From positions 1-39,314 of the IMG/VR virus record IMGVR_UViG_3300035670_000569: a stretch of 39,314 nucleotides of DNA; one strand, written 5' to 3'. Each line of letters opens with the position of its first letter. The stretch's first letter is position 1. Positions 1 to 8,285 of the stretch are shown here, piece after piece. The notes under the pieces were generated by a model. It saw only the letters and a program-made list of their open reading frames with translations. It did no database searches and was not told where the DNA came from. Position numbers and translations under genes: made by a program. This DNA is from a virus (Duplodnaviria > Caudoviricetes).

Positions 1-96
1 CAGCGTCAACGGCTTCCTCGCCAATCAGCGGATCGCTTGCCAGCACAGCGGCGCGGCGGGCTTCTTCCTCGGCGGCCTTGCGGGCCTTCTCAGCGG
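1..96. repeat. Terminal direct repeat (left copy), circular-assembly overlap
   Basis: 1-96 is identical to 39219-39314, and a minus-strand ORF reads in frame across the junction. Confidence 0.95.
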
Positions 97-418
97 CTTC
101 AGCGGCAAGGCGCTTCTGTTCGTTGATGTGGTCCATAAGGGCTTTCGAGAGGGGCGCAGGCGCAGCGTCAGCGGCCTCCTTCAGCGGCTTGTATGTGGCA
201 TCGATCGCGCGGCCTGCCTCAAGGTGCGGGCGCTTTTCTTCGTCGCGCTTGGCGTCGATGTCCTTGGCCAGCTTCTTTGCAAGCCCGATAAGGTCGCGGG
301 CCTCGCCAGCGTTGGCATCGGTGATGGCCGGGAAGGACGCAATGCGCTCTTTGAGGCTGGCGATTTCGTCCGCAAACAGTTCGGCAGCAGACGGCGGATT
401 GTTGTGAAGGTTATCCAT
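1..418 (-). CDS. 5' part of an origin-spanning coiled-coil protein (MDNLHNNPPSAAELF...), typical neighbour of phage annealase genes
   Basis: Translated by hand: ATG at 418 overlaps the annealase stop, RBS GAGGA, frame open to base 1 and continuing into the 38950-39264 ORF. Confidence 0.8.
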   Translation of the reverse strand, partial: MDNLHNNPPSAAELFADEIASLKERIASFPAITDANAGEARDLIGLAKKLAKDIDAKRDEEKRPHLEAGRAIDATYKPLKEAADAAPAPLSKALMDHINEQKRLAAEAAEKARKAAEEEARRAAVLASDPLIGEEAVDA

Positions 419-1160
419 TGGCTTGTTCCTCGGCGATTTCGTTGTCCAGGTGGGCGTTCAATTCTTTCTTGTATTCCTCGCGGATTTCCGCTGCCCAATC
501 TGGTGGCAATTTCTTGATGGCATCAGCAAAAGCGATGCCCCATTGCCGAAGGTCGTTGCTTGACCGTTTCGACCGCAGGCCCTTTTGCAGCGTCTCGAAA
601 AGATCGCGGCTGTTTGCTTTCGTGCCCGAATTGGCAGGCGCTTCCTTGGCTGGCTCGTCAGCTTCCTCGGCTTCCGGCTCGGCGTGAAGGTCGCCCTTGT
701 GCCACAGGTCCAGAGCTGCACCGAAGCGCATGGCGGCATTGCGGAGTGCGTCACCGATAGCCTCTTTGACAGCGTTGCCGCCGGTCTTGCCATCAGCGTC
801 ACCGTACCCGTTGCGGGTCACGCCGCACACGGTCAGCCTGATCCACAATCCGCCATTGCGGTCCATGAGGGGCAAGCCATCGGCTGATATGGCAAAGGGT
901 TCCCATGTCCAAGCCGGATCGCAATCAAGCAGGCGGTCCGTCAGGGCGGCGTGGCCCACATAGTCAAGGTGAACCGCATTCTTGTGATGCGTGCCGCCGC
1001 ATACGTCGCAGTTCCAGACGACTTTGCTACGGTCAGATTTGCGTTCATCGATCTGCGCCCGGCTTTCCTTGGGCAGCTTGGAAATCTGGTTATCGGGGAA
1101 CGGCGCGCGCAATAGCGCAAGGCCCGTAGGCTTCTCAGCCGGTTTTGTTTCCTTGGTCAT
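411..1160 (-). CDS. Rad52/Rad22-family (Sak-like) single-strand annealing protein
   Basis: LDYVGHAALTDRL...GYGDA...KEAIGDALRNAAMRFG motifs; RBS AAGGAGG before ATG 1160 (MTKETK); CxxC insert. Confidence 0.8.
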   Translation of the reverse strand: MTKETKPAEKPTGLALLRAPFPDNQISKLPKESRAQIDERKSDRSKVVWNCDVCGGTHHKNAVHLDYVGHAALTDRLLDCDPAWTWEPFAISADGLPLMDRNGGLWIRLTVCGVTRNGYGDADGKTGGNAVKEAIGDALRNAAMRFGAALDLWHKGDLHAEPEAEEADEPAKEAPANSGTKANSRDLFETLQKGLRSKRSSNDLRQWGIAFADAIKKLPPDWAAEIREEYKKELNAHLDNEIAEEQANG

Positions 1161-1278
1161 GTAGTGCCTCCTTGGTGTGGCAACACGTTGCCACGCCATC
1201 GCGCACAATGCAACACGCTATTTATGCGTTTTGCAAAAATCCTCTTGCGGCGGACGATTGCTTGTGTATTGTGGGCGC
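1161..1278. promoter_or_regulatory. Divergent control region 1 with operator-like palindromes
   Basis: GTGGCAAC-AC-GTTGCCAC (1177-1194), TTTTGCAAAA (1229-1238); TTGCGG-N16-TATTGT ends 6 nt before ATG 1279, suggesting a leaderless mRNA. Confidence 0.55.
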
Positions 1279-1488
1279 ATGAAAAACGTTCCTGATTTGA
1301 TTGAAGCGCTTGGCGGGTCTACGCGGCTCGCGGGCAATCTCAACCTGCCGATTGCAACGGTTGGCGCATGGAAAGCGAGGGGCAGCATTCCCGCCCGTTA
1401 CTATCCGTCAATCGTTCGCATAGCGGCAAAGCAAAAGGTGAAAGGCGTGTCTCTTGAAAGCCTTATCGCAATGCAGGTGAGCGCATGA
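1279..1488 (+). CDS. Cro-like HTH regulator
   Basis: 69 aa, LIEALGGSTRLA...TVGAWKARGSIPARY; first gene of the rightward operon. Confidence 0.8.
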   Translation: MKNVPDLIEALGGSTRLAGNLNLPIATVGAWKARGSIPARYYPSIVRIAAKQKVKGVSLESLIAMQVSA

Positions 1489-1835
1489 CTGACCAGCTCT
1501 CCCTCCTAGACTATCAGCCCGTCCCCAAGGCCCGCCGCGACGGCCCCGCCACACAGAAGCGCGCTGCCATCCAAGCTGCCCGCTGGTGTAGTCCGCAATG
1601 TGACGCCATCCTGAAAGCCATCTGCGCTGCCCCTGACGGCCTTATCCGTGCCCAGATCATAGACCGCACGGGGATCAAGGAAAGTTCAGCCTGTGCCCGT
1701 CTTCGTGACATGGTGGACGGCGAAATCCTGGTTGTCCGTGGCGAGCGGCTGGGACCCTACGGGACTGAACAGCAAGTGTATCACGCGACCGAGAAGGGCA
1801 AGGCTCGGTCGGAAGTGTTGGGGTGGCATCCATGA
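1485..1835 (+). CDS. Winged-helix DNA-binding protein
   Basis: GLIRAQIIDRTGIKESSACARLRDMVDGEIL...VYHATEKG; ATGA coupling. Confidence 0.65.
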   Translation: MTDQLSLLDYQPVPKARRDGPATQKRAAIQAARWCSPQCDAILKAICAAPDGLIRAQIIDRTGIKESSACARLRDMVDGEILVVRGERLGPYGTEQQVYHATEKGKARSEVLGWHP

Positions 1836-1999
1836 CCCGCCGAAAGCAAATCCCACCCCGCACCCTAGCCTACCTACAGCGCGTATTAGAAAACCCGCCG
1901 CCAAACGTCTGGCGCACACTAAAAGCCCTTAGTAACTTGCCGTTCGCGGTCGCTGCGCTGGAATCGTATGTGAATGGGCTGGACAAAACGACAAAGTAA
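1832..1999 (+). CDS. Hypothetical 55-aa protein (MTRRKQIPPR...)
   Basis: Translated by hand; ATGA overlap with the upstream stop; below the ORF-track cutoff. Confidence 0.5.
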   Translation: MTRRKQIPPRTLAYLQRVLENPPPNVWRTLKALSNLPFAVAALESYVNGLDKTTK

Positions 2000-2003
2000 C
2001 GTC

Positions 2004-2118
2004 ACAAATAAGTGAGGCGGCCCGCTGACCACGGAACCGCCTCGACATAATCGCCAAACTTCTGAGGAGATGCGACCATGCAAGACAACCAAATACCGTC
2101 AATCCGTCCGGGTTTCAA
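2004..2118 (-). ncRNA. Putative cis-antisense RNA unit (promoter, ~75-nt RNA, terminator) over the RBS of the 2078 leader ORF
   Basis: Minus strand TTGAAA(2118-2113)-N17-TATTTG; hairpin GAGGCGG...CCGCCTC (2014-2043) followed by ACTTATTT. Confidence 0.45.
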
Positions 2119-2146
2119 GCCCGCCACGCTTTCGGCTTACACGTAA
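2078..2146 (+). CDS. 22-aa leader peptide MQDNQIPSIRPGFKPATLSAYT
   Basis: Strong RBS GAGGAG at 2064-2069. Confidence 0.45.
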   Translation: MQDNQIPSIRPGFKPATLSAYT

Positions 2147-2163
2147 TTTGTGGAGCCGGGCTG

Positions 2164-2484
2164 ATGACATCGACACGCGAAGTTCCCCTATACACCGCCG
2201 GTCAATACCTGCGCCTTGACCACAACAGCGCAGACCGGCTGGAATGCCTGCTGTTCAATGCGGACCACGGTTCCCGGCAGGACGTTCACCGCTTTACCCT
2301 GTGCTTCGAGCGCGCCTCTGACGGCGTGTTCTACATGCCCGGCTCCTATTGGGTGGCCGAGTTTGAAAAGCGGATTGGCAGGCTTCTCAAAGCCTCTGAA
2401 ATCCGCCTTGCGACCGGCAACCAGGGTGCCGCCTCCCAACATGACAGAGATTGCGGGTTTGCGCCCGTGAAGGAGAAACGATGA
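2164..2484 (+). CDS. Hypothetical protein
   Basis: GGAG RBS; ATGA-coupled to the initiator gene. Confidence 0.6.
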   Translation: MTSTREVPLYTAGQYLRLDHNSADRLECLLFNADHGSRQDVHRFTLCFERASDGVFYMPGSYWVAEFEKRIGRLLKASEIRLATGNQGAASQHDRDCGFAPVKEKR

Positions 2485-3362
2485 GCCAGTCACGCCTGTG
2501 CATCATACCATCAGAAGCCGTCAGCGACACGCGCCTGACGCATGTTCAGCTTCGCGTCCTGCTGGCGATCGGCAGCTTTACCGGCAAGGACAAGGCCGCT
2601 TTTCCGAAGCAAAAGACGCTTGCGGAGATGCTTGGCTTGACCCGCGAGACAGTCAACCGCGCCATCGCGGCGTTGAAGCGGTTTGGATACATCGAGGTCG
2701 AACACCAGCACCGGGAAGACGGCGGCCAGCGGGAAAGTCTGTATTGGGTCAAACTGGACCCTATCGGACAAGCCCCCTGTGACGAGCCAGTCACACCCCC
2801 AGTGACGCATTCCGATCACACCCCCCGTGACGTGCAGGGATCACACCTAAGAACGTTCCATAAGAACGATACAGTAGAAGCTGACGCTTCTACTGTGCCC
2901 ACGCTGTTTGAAACCCCCGCTGAAAGAAAATCGACGGGAAGGGTTAGGGGTAGCGCCCGATCCGTGCAGATTCCCGCCAACTGGACCCCCAACCTGACCG
3001 TGATGGCCTATGCCAGCAAGAACGGCCTGACCCGAGAGGAAATCAACCATGAAGCCGATCAGTTCCGCCATGATGCCGCTGCTGCAGGAAAAAAGTTCAA
3101 GGATTGGGATGCCGCTTTCCGAAAGTGGATTGGAAACACGGTCAAGTGGCGCGCTGAGCGTGCAGCCAACTCGGCTGCTAGAGCGAAGCCCGGCGGACAA
3201 TCTCGCGGCGGCGGTATCTTCGCTGCAGGAGTACGGGCTGTCAGTGAAGCACGAGGCTACGGGCAGCCGGTTCGTGACGAAGATGATCGGAGACGTGGAA
3301 ACGACGACATGGGAGCCGGTCATGACATTGACGGTGAGTTCTTCCGGATCACTGGGACGTGA
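2481..3362 (+). CDS. Replication initiator (lambda O-like: N-terminal wHTH, C-terminal DnaT-like domain)
   Basis: AFPKQKTLAEMLGLTRETVNRAIAALKRFGYI HTH; IPANWTP...KDWDAAFRKW; internal iterons; RBS AAGGAG, ATG 2481. Confidence 0.85.
   Translation: MSQSRLCIIPSEAVSDTRLTHVQLRVLLAIGSFTGKDKAAFPKQKTLAEMLGLTRETVNRAIAALKRFGYIEVEHQHREDGGQRESLYWVKLDPIGQAPCDEPVTPPVTHSDHTPRDVQGSHLRTFHKNDTVEADASTVPTLFETPAERKSTGRVRGSARSVQIPANWTPNLTVMAYASKNGLTREEINHEADQFRHDAAAAGKKFKDWDAAFRKWIGNTVKWRAERAANSAARAKPGGQSRGGGIFAAGVRAVSEARGYGQPVRDEDDRRRGNDDMGAGHDIDGEFFRITGT
2773..2868. repeat. Iteron array, probable replication origin
   Basis: Three tandem 23-25 bp units CCCCC(N)GTGACG-N5-7-(G/A)TCACA followed by TAAGAACG twice (2848, 2861), in the initiator linker region. 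Confidence 0.75.
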
Positions 3363-3687
3363 GCCCATCCGGCTGATCCTCGATGCCCTGCAAGCCCCTG
3401 CTCCTGCCGACAAGATCACCGAATGGCTGACAATCTGCGCCGGTCTGACACTGGCGACCCGCGACGACGACCCGGCAGGCAACGTCCGCCTGAAAGCCTA
3501 CACGGCCAAGCTGGCAGAGTTTCCGGGCGACGTTGTTCGCAAGGTGCTGAGCGACTGGCCAAGCAAGAGCAAATGGTTCCCGGCATGGGCTGAATTGCAG
3601 GTCCAGCTTCACAACGAAATGAGCGTTCGCCTGTCGCTGATCCATCAGGCCCGCCGCCACCTAAACCGTTCAACAACAGGAGACTAA
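3322..3687 (+). CDS. Putative helicase loader/replication partner (lambda P position)
   Basis: YTAKLAEFPGDVV...SKWFPAWAEL; follows the initiator; start uncertain (frame open from 3049). Confidence 0.55.
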   Translation: MTLTVSSSGSLGREPIRLILDALQAPAPADKITEWLTICAGLTLATRDDDPAGNVRLKAYTAKLAEFPGDVVRKVLSDWPSKSKWFPAWAELQVQLHNEMSVRLSLIHQARRHLNRSTTGD

Positions 3688-3689
3688 CC

Positions 3690-4061
3690 GTGACCGAAGG
3701 GCTGACTAAATTCGGACCCCCCGCTGAAAGCCATATCCAAATGGTGATGCAGGAATACAACCTCACCCGCTCGGAGCTGACGGGGCCAAGCAAGGAACAC
3801 CGCTTAATGCCAGCTCGCCGCGATCTGTTTATGCGCCTGCTGTGTACTCCGTGGAAATGGGTAAACGGCGAGCCTGTGTATCGCTCACTTCCGAAAGCGT
3901 CTCGCTATGTGGGCGACCGTGATCATACCACGGGCCTTTCAAGCATCAGGGCTTACGGCGTGGAGTTCCTAGACCTGCCTTGGAAGTCCAGCGTGGCCGA
4001 AATTCGCGTTGCTTACATCGCCAAATCCCAGCAAGCTGAAGGCATGGAGATTGCAGCGTGA
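3690..4061 (+). CDS. Stand-alone DnaA domain IV-like HTH protein
   Basis: SLPKASRYVGDRDHTTG resembles the DnaA signature SLPxIGxxFGxRDHTTV; RBS AGGAG. Confidence 0.8.
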   Translation: MTEGLTKFGPPAESHIQMVMQEYNLTRSELTGPSKEHRLMPARRDLFMRLLCTPWKWVNGEPVYRSLPKASRYVGDRDHTTGLSSIRAYGVEFLDLPWKSSVAEIRVAYIAKSQQAEGMEIAA

Positions 4062-4297
4062 CCGAGGAAGAAGCGAGGACGAAATGGTGTCCGTTTGCCC
4101 GCACGATGGGCATTGACGGCGATGTCATCATGCCAGCGGCAAACCGCGTGTTCATGTTTACTGGCGCCAACAAGCTGACCTTTCCACATCCTGAGATGTG
4201 CGCCTGCCTTGCTTCCAAATGCATGGTTTGGCGTTGGGATTATGACGAATACGGCGATGCAACTGAAGGCTTCTGCGGCCTAGCGGGGCGCCCATGA
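4058..4297 (+). CDS. Cys-rich hypothetical phage protein
   Basis: KWCPFAR...CLASKCMVWRW...GFCGLAG; GTGA coupling. Confidence 0.7.
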   Translation: MTEEEARTKWCPFARTMGIDGDVIMPAANRVFMFTGANKLTFPHPEMCACLASKCMVWRWDYDEYGDATEGFCGLAGRP

Positions 4298-4356
4298 TCC
4301 CCCTTATCCTCCTGATCCAACTTATTGGCGTCGTCGCTTGGGCAGGTGCGGAATGA
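4294..4356 (+). CDS. 20-aa hydrophobic microprotein MIPLILLIQLIGVVAWAGAE
   Basis: ATGA overlaps at both ends and exactly fills the gap. Confidence 0.5.
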   Translation: MIPLILLIQLIGVVAWAGAE

Positions 4357-4970
4357 ACCCCGCTGCTAATTACATTATCGGCTCCTGCCGTCCGTGGAAA
4401 TACGGCTACATCCGCCGCGAGTACACCCGCAGCCGTGAAGACGGCCACGGGGAATACCTCGTCTGCGCCATCCACGGCCTGCGCGCAATCGAAGGCGAAA
4501 GCCTCTGGTTCCAGTGCATGATCATGGAAGGCAAGGGCACAGGCGCCGGGTTCATGGCCCCGATTGAAGCGTTCTGCCATCGCATTCCTGACGAACCCCG
4601 CGTTAAGGGCGAGCCGGTGGACATGAACATGATCCAGCCTTGGGACACGTTCAGCAGCAGCTTTGGCGTTCACGAGTTTGAGTTTCACCGGCACATGCGC
4701 GCCGTGATCCTGCCAGCCCGCATGGATGCAACCTATTGGTTCACCATCGACTTTGCCGAAAGCAGCCTTGCGGAAAACGCAGACCAGCACAAGCACCTGC
4801 ACTTGTTCGAGCTGGCAGACGGCAACATAGGCGCGTTTCCCAACAATCGCGTGCTGTGGAATGACCCCGCGTTCTGCAAGCCAACTGAAGAGCGCCCCGA
4901 TTTCACAAGCCTTTGGGGCGAGTTCCGCTCTGAAGGCGTCCTGCCTGTTGGAAGTGGAAACCCGTGGTGA
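4353..4970 (+). CDS. Conserved phage hypothetical protein
   Basis: YIRREY...GHGEY...QPWD...HKHLH...GNIGAFPNNRVLW, recalled from aquatic phage genomes; function unknown. Confidence 0.7.
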   Translation: MNPAANYIIGSCRPWKYGYIRREYTRSREDGHGEYLVCAIHGLRAIEGESLWFQCMIMEGKGTGAGFMAPIEAFCHRIPDEPRVKGEPVDMNMIQPWDTFSSSFGVHEFEFHRHMRAVILPARMDATYWFTIDFAESSLAENADQHKHLHLFELADGNIGAFPNNRVLWNDPAFCKPTEERPDFTSLWGEFRSEGVLPVGSGNPW

Positions 4971-5146
4971 GACCCCACAGCTTCCGCTGCCAGTTTGGCG
5001 TCCATCGCTACGACGAGCGCGATGAGTTCGGCCGCACATGGTGTTCCCGCTGCGGCGAACGCCAGCCCCGCCGCTTCGCCCAGATTCAAACTGCTGAACA
5101 ACAGGGCCGGGAACTGAACCGGCCAAAGACACGGGGTCAACGCTAA
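4964..5146 (+). CDS. Small Zn-finger-like protein
   Basis: C-x3-H...CSRCG; overlaps both neighbours. Confidence 0.55.
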   Translation: MVRPHSFRCQFGVHRYDERDEFGRTWCSRCGERQPRRFAQIQTAEQQGRELNRPKTRGQR

Positions 5147-5649
5147 TGCTATACGCCTTCACCGCAGCCCACCCGCTCAAAGCCGCTGCCGAGCTTCGTG
5201 AGGCGGGCTATGACGCTTTCTGCCTGATGATGATCGACAGGCGCCGCAAGGCCCGGATCACCAAGGGCAAGACCGGCCAGCCCGTGTTGGCCCTGCCGGG
5301 ATATTGCTTCTCGCATGACCCCGACCCGTGGACCGTATCCAGAATGCGCCACGTTCGCGCAGCAGTGGCCTTCTGTGGCCGCTGGCAGGGCATACCGCCC
5401 AAAGAGGCTCAATGGCTTCTGCGGCCTCCGCAGGGCATTTTCCACGATACCGACATCCCGCGCTATGCCAACCGCCCCGCGCCGCCGCCTGTCAAGGTTG
5501 GCGACCGCGTGACGCTGACGATGGCCTGCGAGCGTCTGGAAGCGCCTGTGCTGGCTGTCGATGGCGAGAACCTGCTGTTGCAGATCAGGCTTTTGGGCCG
5601 CGACACGATCCGTGTACCGCTTGCCATGATTGAAAGCGTAGCCGCTTGA
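5146..5649 (+). CDS. NusG-family (NGN+KOW) late antiterminator
   Basis: ALPGYCF (NGN PGY motif), VKVGDRVTL (KOW), LLGRDTIRVPL; last gene before the late operon. Confidence 0.8.
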   Translation: MLYAFTAAHPLKAAAELREAGYDAFCLMMIDRRRKARITKGKTGQPVLALPGYCFSHDPDPWTVSRMRHVRAAVAFCGRWQGIPPKEAQWLLRPPQGIFHDTDIPRYANRPAPPPVKVGDRVTLTMACERLEAPVLAVDGENLLLQIRLLGRDTIRVPLAMIESVAA

Positions 5650-5883
5650 CGTGCAATGCGAACCCCTGCAAAACGTACAGGCTTCGCGTTGATCAGTCGG
5701 CAGTCACAGGACCGAGCCGCTAACGTGATCCAAGGGGGCCGGGCTAACCGCGACGCCCCCATGTGCAAAGCATTGCTTGAAACACGCAGCGCGACAGTGA
5801 GCCGGGCCCCGGACCACCCCAGATGCTCCCCTGACCCCAAGCCGGGCAACCCGGCTCTCTCCCGCGCTGACCGGAGAACCCCC
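5646..5883 (+). promoter_or_regulatory. Putative late promoter and structured leader
   Basis: TTGACG at 5646; ~230 nt probably non-coding with several GC-rich stems; RBS GGAG before ATG 5884. Confidence 0.5.
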
Positions 5884-6231
5884 ATGACAGACCGCTACAC
5901 CGAACTGGTACGGCAGGCGTATGAGGCGCAGCAAGCCCGTGAAGGCGAGCGCTATCAATCGCTCACCTCCGACCTTGCCCAGATTGACGCCGATCTGGAA
6001 GCGCTCGCTGCTAAGCGTGAACAGGCCGTTGCTGCCCTTGAAAGCATGGATGACGCCGTTGAAGCCGCCAAGGAAGCGCTTGTCACGTATTTCAGCGGCG
6101 AGGCTGACGACGACATGTTCGAGCCGGTAAAGCCTGACGTGTCGCAGTATCTCGACCCGTGGGCAGATCATCCGTCCAGCGATGAGTTCTCCACCCCCCG
6201 CGCTAACGGCGCTTATGCCGAAGCTGACTAA
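5884..6231 (+). CDS. Acidic coiled-coil hypothetical protein
   Basis: MTDRYTELVRQ..., RBS GGAG. Confidence 0.65.
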   Translation: MTDRYTELVRQAYEAQQAREGERYQSLTSDLAQIDADLEALAAKREQAVAALESMDDAVEAAKEALVTYFSGEADDDMFEPVKPDVSQYLDPWADHPSSDEFSTPRANGAYAEAD

Positions 6232-6251
6232 CCCCACGAAAGGGCTGACCC

Positions 6252-6443
6252 ATGAAGAACATCGACCTGCCTACCATCGGCAACGCCCTTGCTGGCCTCG
6301 CCCTTGCGTTCCTGGTGGACAACGTCGCCCTTGACGGCGCTGTCACGAAAGCCCTGCCTGAAGGCTTCGTTGCCCTTGTCGGCTTCGTGATCTTTGCAGG
6401 CGCCACGTATTACGGCTATCGCGCGGCCAAGCGTTCCAACTGA
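6252..6443 (+). CDS. Small two-TM membrane protein (possibly holin-like)
   Basis: Two hydrophobic segments and a basic C-terminus. Confidence 0.6.
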   Translation: MKNIDLPTIGNALAGLALAFLVDNVALDGAVTKALPEGFVALVGFVIFAGATYYGYRAAKRSN

Positions 6444-6523
6444 TGCTGTTCGCAGCCGCCATCCTGCTTTGCCTTGGGCTTGGCCTTGCTGTTGCCATTG
6501 GCCGTATTGGATGGCGTGACTGA
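6443..6523 (+). CDS. 26-aa hydrophobic microprotein MLFAAAILLCLGLGLAVAIGRIGWRD
   Basis: TGATG coupling at both ends. Confidence 0.5.
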   Translation: MLFAAAILLCLGLGLAVAIGRIGWRD

Positions 6524-8205
6524 TGGCCGTTGTACGCTCTCCCGTGCGGTCTGTGGTGCGCTCGCCTGTAAGGGGGGTGTTTGGGAGTGACGCCGGATCG
6601 CTTTTTGACTTCTACGTGGACAGCGTAAACGGCTCTGACAGCAATGATGGCCTGACGGCTGCGGCGGCGTTCCAGTCGATCGAGGCTGCTTACACAGCAA
6701 GCGAGAGCGGGGATGTCATAGCTTTGAAGGCTGGCCAATATCATTTGCGCAGAACTAACGTATCGTTGGCAGACCGCAGTTTTGGCAAATATGGCTCAGG
6801 CGATGATCCGATCATTGACGCTCGGCAACATTTGCAGGCCGCGACGTGGACCAATACGAGCGGAAATGTCTGGCAGACAGATGTCACACTTGGTCAAACT
6901 TCTGTCGCGGGCGGCACAGGCTCGAACACTTTTAATCCAGGCATGTGGTTTAATGAGCTGTTCCTTGACTGGAAGGTTGGCGGTGCCGACATCGCTGCCA
7001 ACATTTCGGCAGTAGAGGCTGCGGTGGGATCGTTTACCATTCACCGGACGGGCCAAACGCAGCAAGACCCCCGCGTATCCGGGCAGGCGGGAACGGCGTT
7101 TACGGTCTATGTTCATTTGCCGGACAGTTCAGACCCGAACGGGCAAGATGTGAGCGTGACCAGCTATCAAGCGGTCTGCAACCTGCAAGGTGGCACGCTA
7201 ACAAACATTGTTTTCAAGGGCGGTCACGGCAAGGATCATGTTGGAATAGTTTCTTATTCTGGTGACCTGCCGACCTTTGTTAATTGCTCGTCCATCGACT
7301 TTGGCGAGCATGGCTGGGTTGGGCCTGCCAATGTGGTCGGAACCTGGTTTGCTCGCGGCAAGGCCCGTCCCGGTGTTTCTGGGGCAACATTGGGCCGCAA
7401 CGGCGGCGCTGCATTCAACGCTTTCACCAATGTTTACCGTGACACGCTCGACTTGAGCATTGAGAATATCGACGCGGCGGATTGTGCTATTGCTTTCTAC
7501 GGCCACGGAAGCGGCAATCGTGGCTATCGTGACATTACAATCGGCACGCTGACTGTAGATAATTGCACCAAGATCGCGGTGATGAATCCCGTTCCTACGA
7601 CGCTGCTTTCCATGTGCAACGGCACTGTTGCGATTGGCGATATTCAGGCAACTGATGTTGACCGCGCGTTTGAGGTGGACGGCGTTTGGACGGTCGGCGC
7701 TGGCAATATCAGCTTTGCCGTAACCCCACTGTCTACCAACACCGAGGACCTTGCTGTTTTTGTTGGCAATGAGCCAACGCTGACCATGACGGGAGTGACG
7801 TGGGACTTCAACATGACCGGCAGCGCTGGCTTTGCCCGTAATCTGTCCGACCGGAACACCAGTTCTTCGTTCACCGATCCGGTGCTGATACTGGACGGAT
7901 GCACAGACGCATCAGCGGCAGGCATTCAGGGCCGCCTGCGCCGGGGCGGCACGGCTAACATCTTCTCCAAGATTGCGCTTACTGTTTCGGGCGGATCGTT
8001 AATTGGCGACATCCTTGATCAAGCTACGGGCACCAATTATCCGGTCGAGCTGACAGTCGAGGCTGGTTGCACATTTGGCATGGGCGACAGAACAGGCCCT
8101 GCGATTGAGGCGGCCCTTACTGCCGCCAGCATCCCGTACACGATCAGCAACGATACCACTATCGTGAACCGCGCCGGAACGGTTCTCAGCTCTCCGGGAT
8201 GGTAG
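6523..8205 (+). CDS. Beta-helix (pectin-lyase-like) spike/fibre protein
   Basis: FYVDSVNGSDSNDGLT...FQSI...GDVIALKAG, G/T/N-rich; N-terminal VVRSPVR duplication. Confidence 0.65.
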   Translation: MAVVRSPVRSVVRSPVRGVFGSDAGSLFDFYVDSVNGSDSNDGLTAAAAFQSIEAAYTASESGDVIALKAGQYHLRRTNVSLADRSFGKYGSGDDPIIDARQHLQAATWTNTSGNVWQTDVTLGQTSVAGGTGSNTFNPGMWFNELFLDWKVGGADIAANISAVEAAVGSFTIHRTGQTQQDPRVSGQAGTAFTVYVHLPDSSDPNGQDVSVTSYQAVCNLQGGTLTNIVFKGGHGKDHVGIVSYSGDLPTFVNCSSIDFGEHGWVGPANVVGTWFARGKARPGVSGATLGRNGGAAFNAFTNVYRDTLDLSIENIDAADCAIAFYGHGSGNRGYRDITIGTLTVDNCTKIAVMNPVPTTLLSMCNGTVAIGDIQATDVDRAFEVDGVWTVGAGNISFAVTPLSTNTEDLAVFVGNEPTLTMTGVTWDFNMTGSAGFARNLSDRNTSSSFTDPVLILDGCTDASAAGIQGRLRRGGTANIFSKIALTVSGGSLIGDILDQATGTNYPVELTVEAGCTFGMGDRTGPAIEAALTAASIPYTISNDTTIVNRAGTVLSSPGW

Positions 8206-8285
8206 GCCCGGTCTACCGCCACGAGCTTTACCATGTGCAGCAGGATGCGCGCGGTGAGGCGATGAACCATAGAGGATGGCAATAA

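Noticed and set aside
839-847. TGATCCACA DnaA-box-like 9-mer
   Set aside because: Single site inside the annealase gene, far from the iterons; expected by chance.
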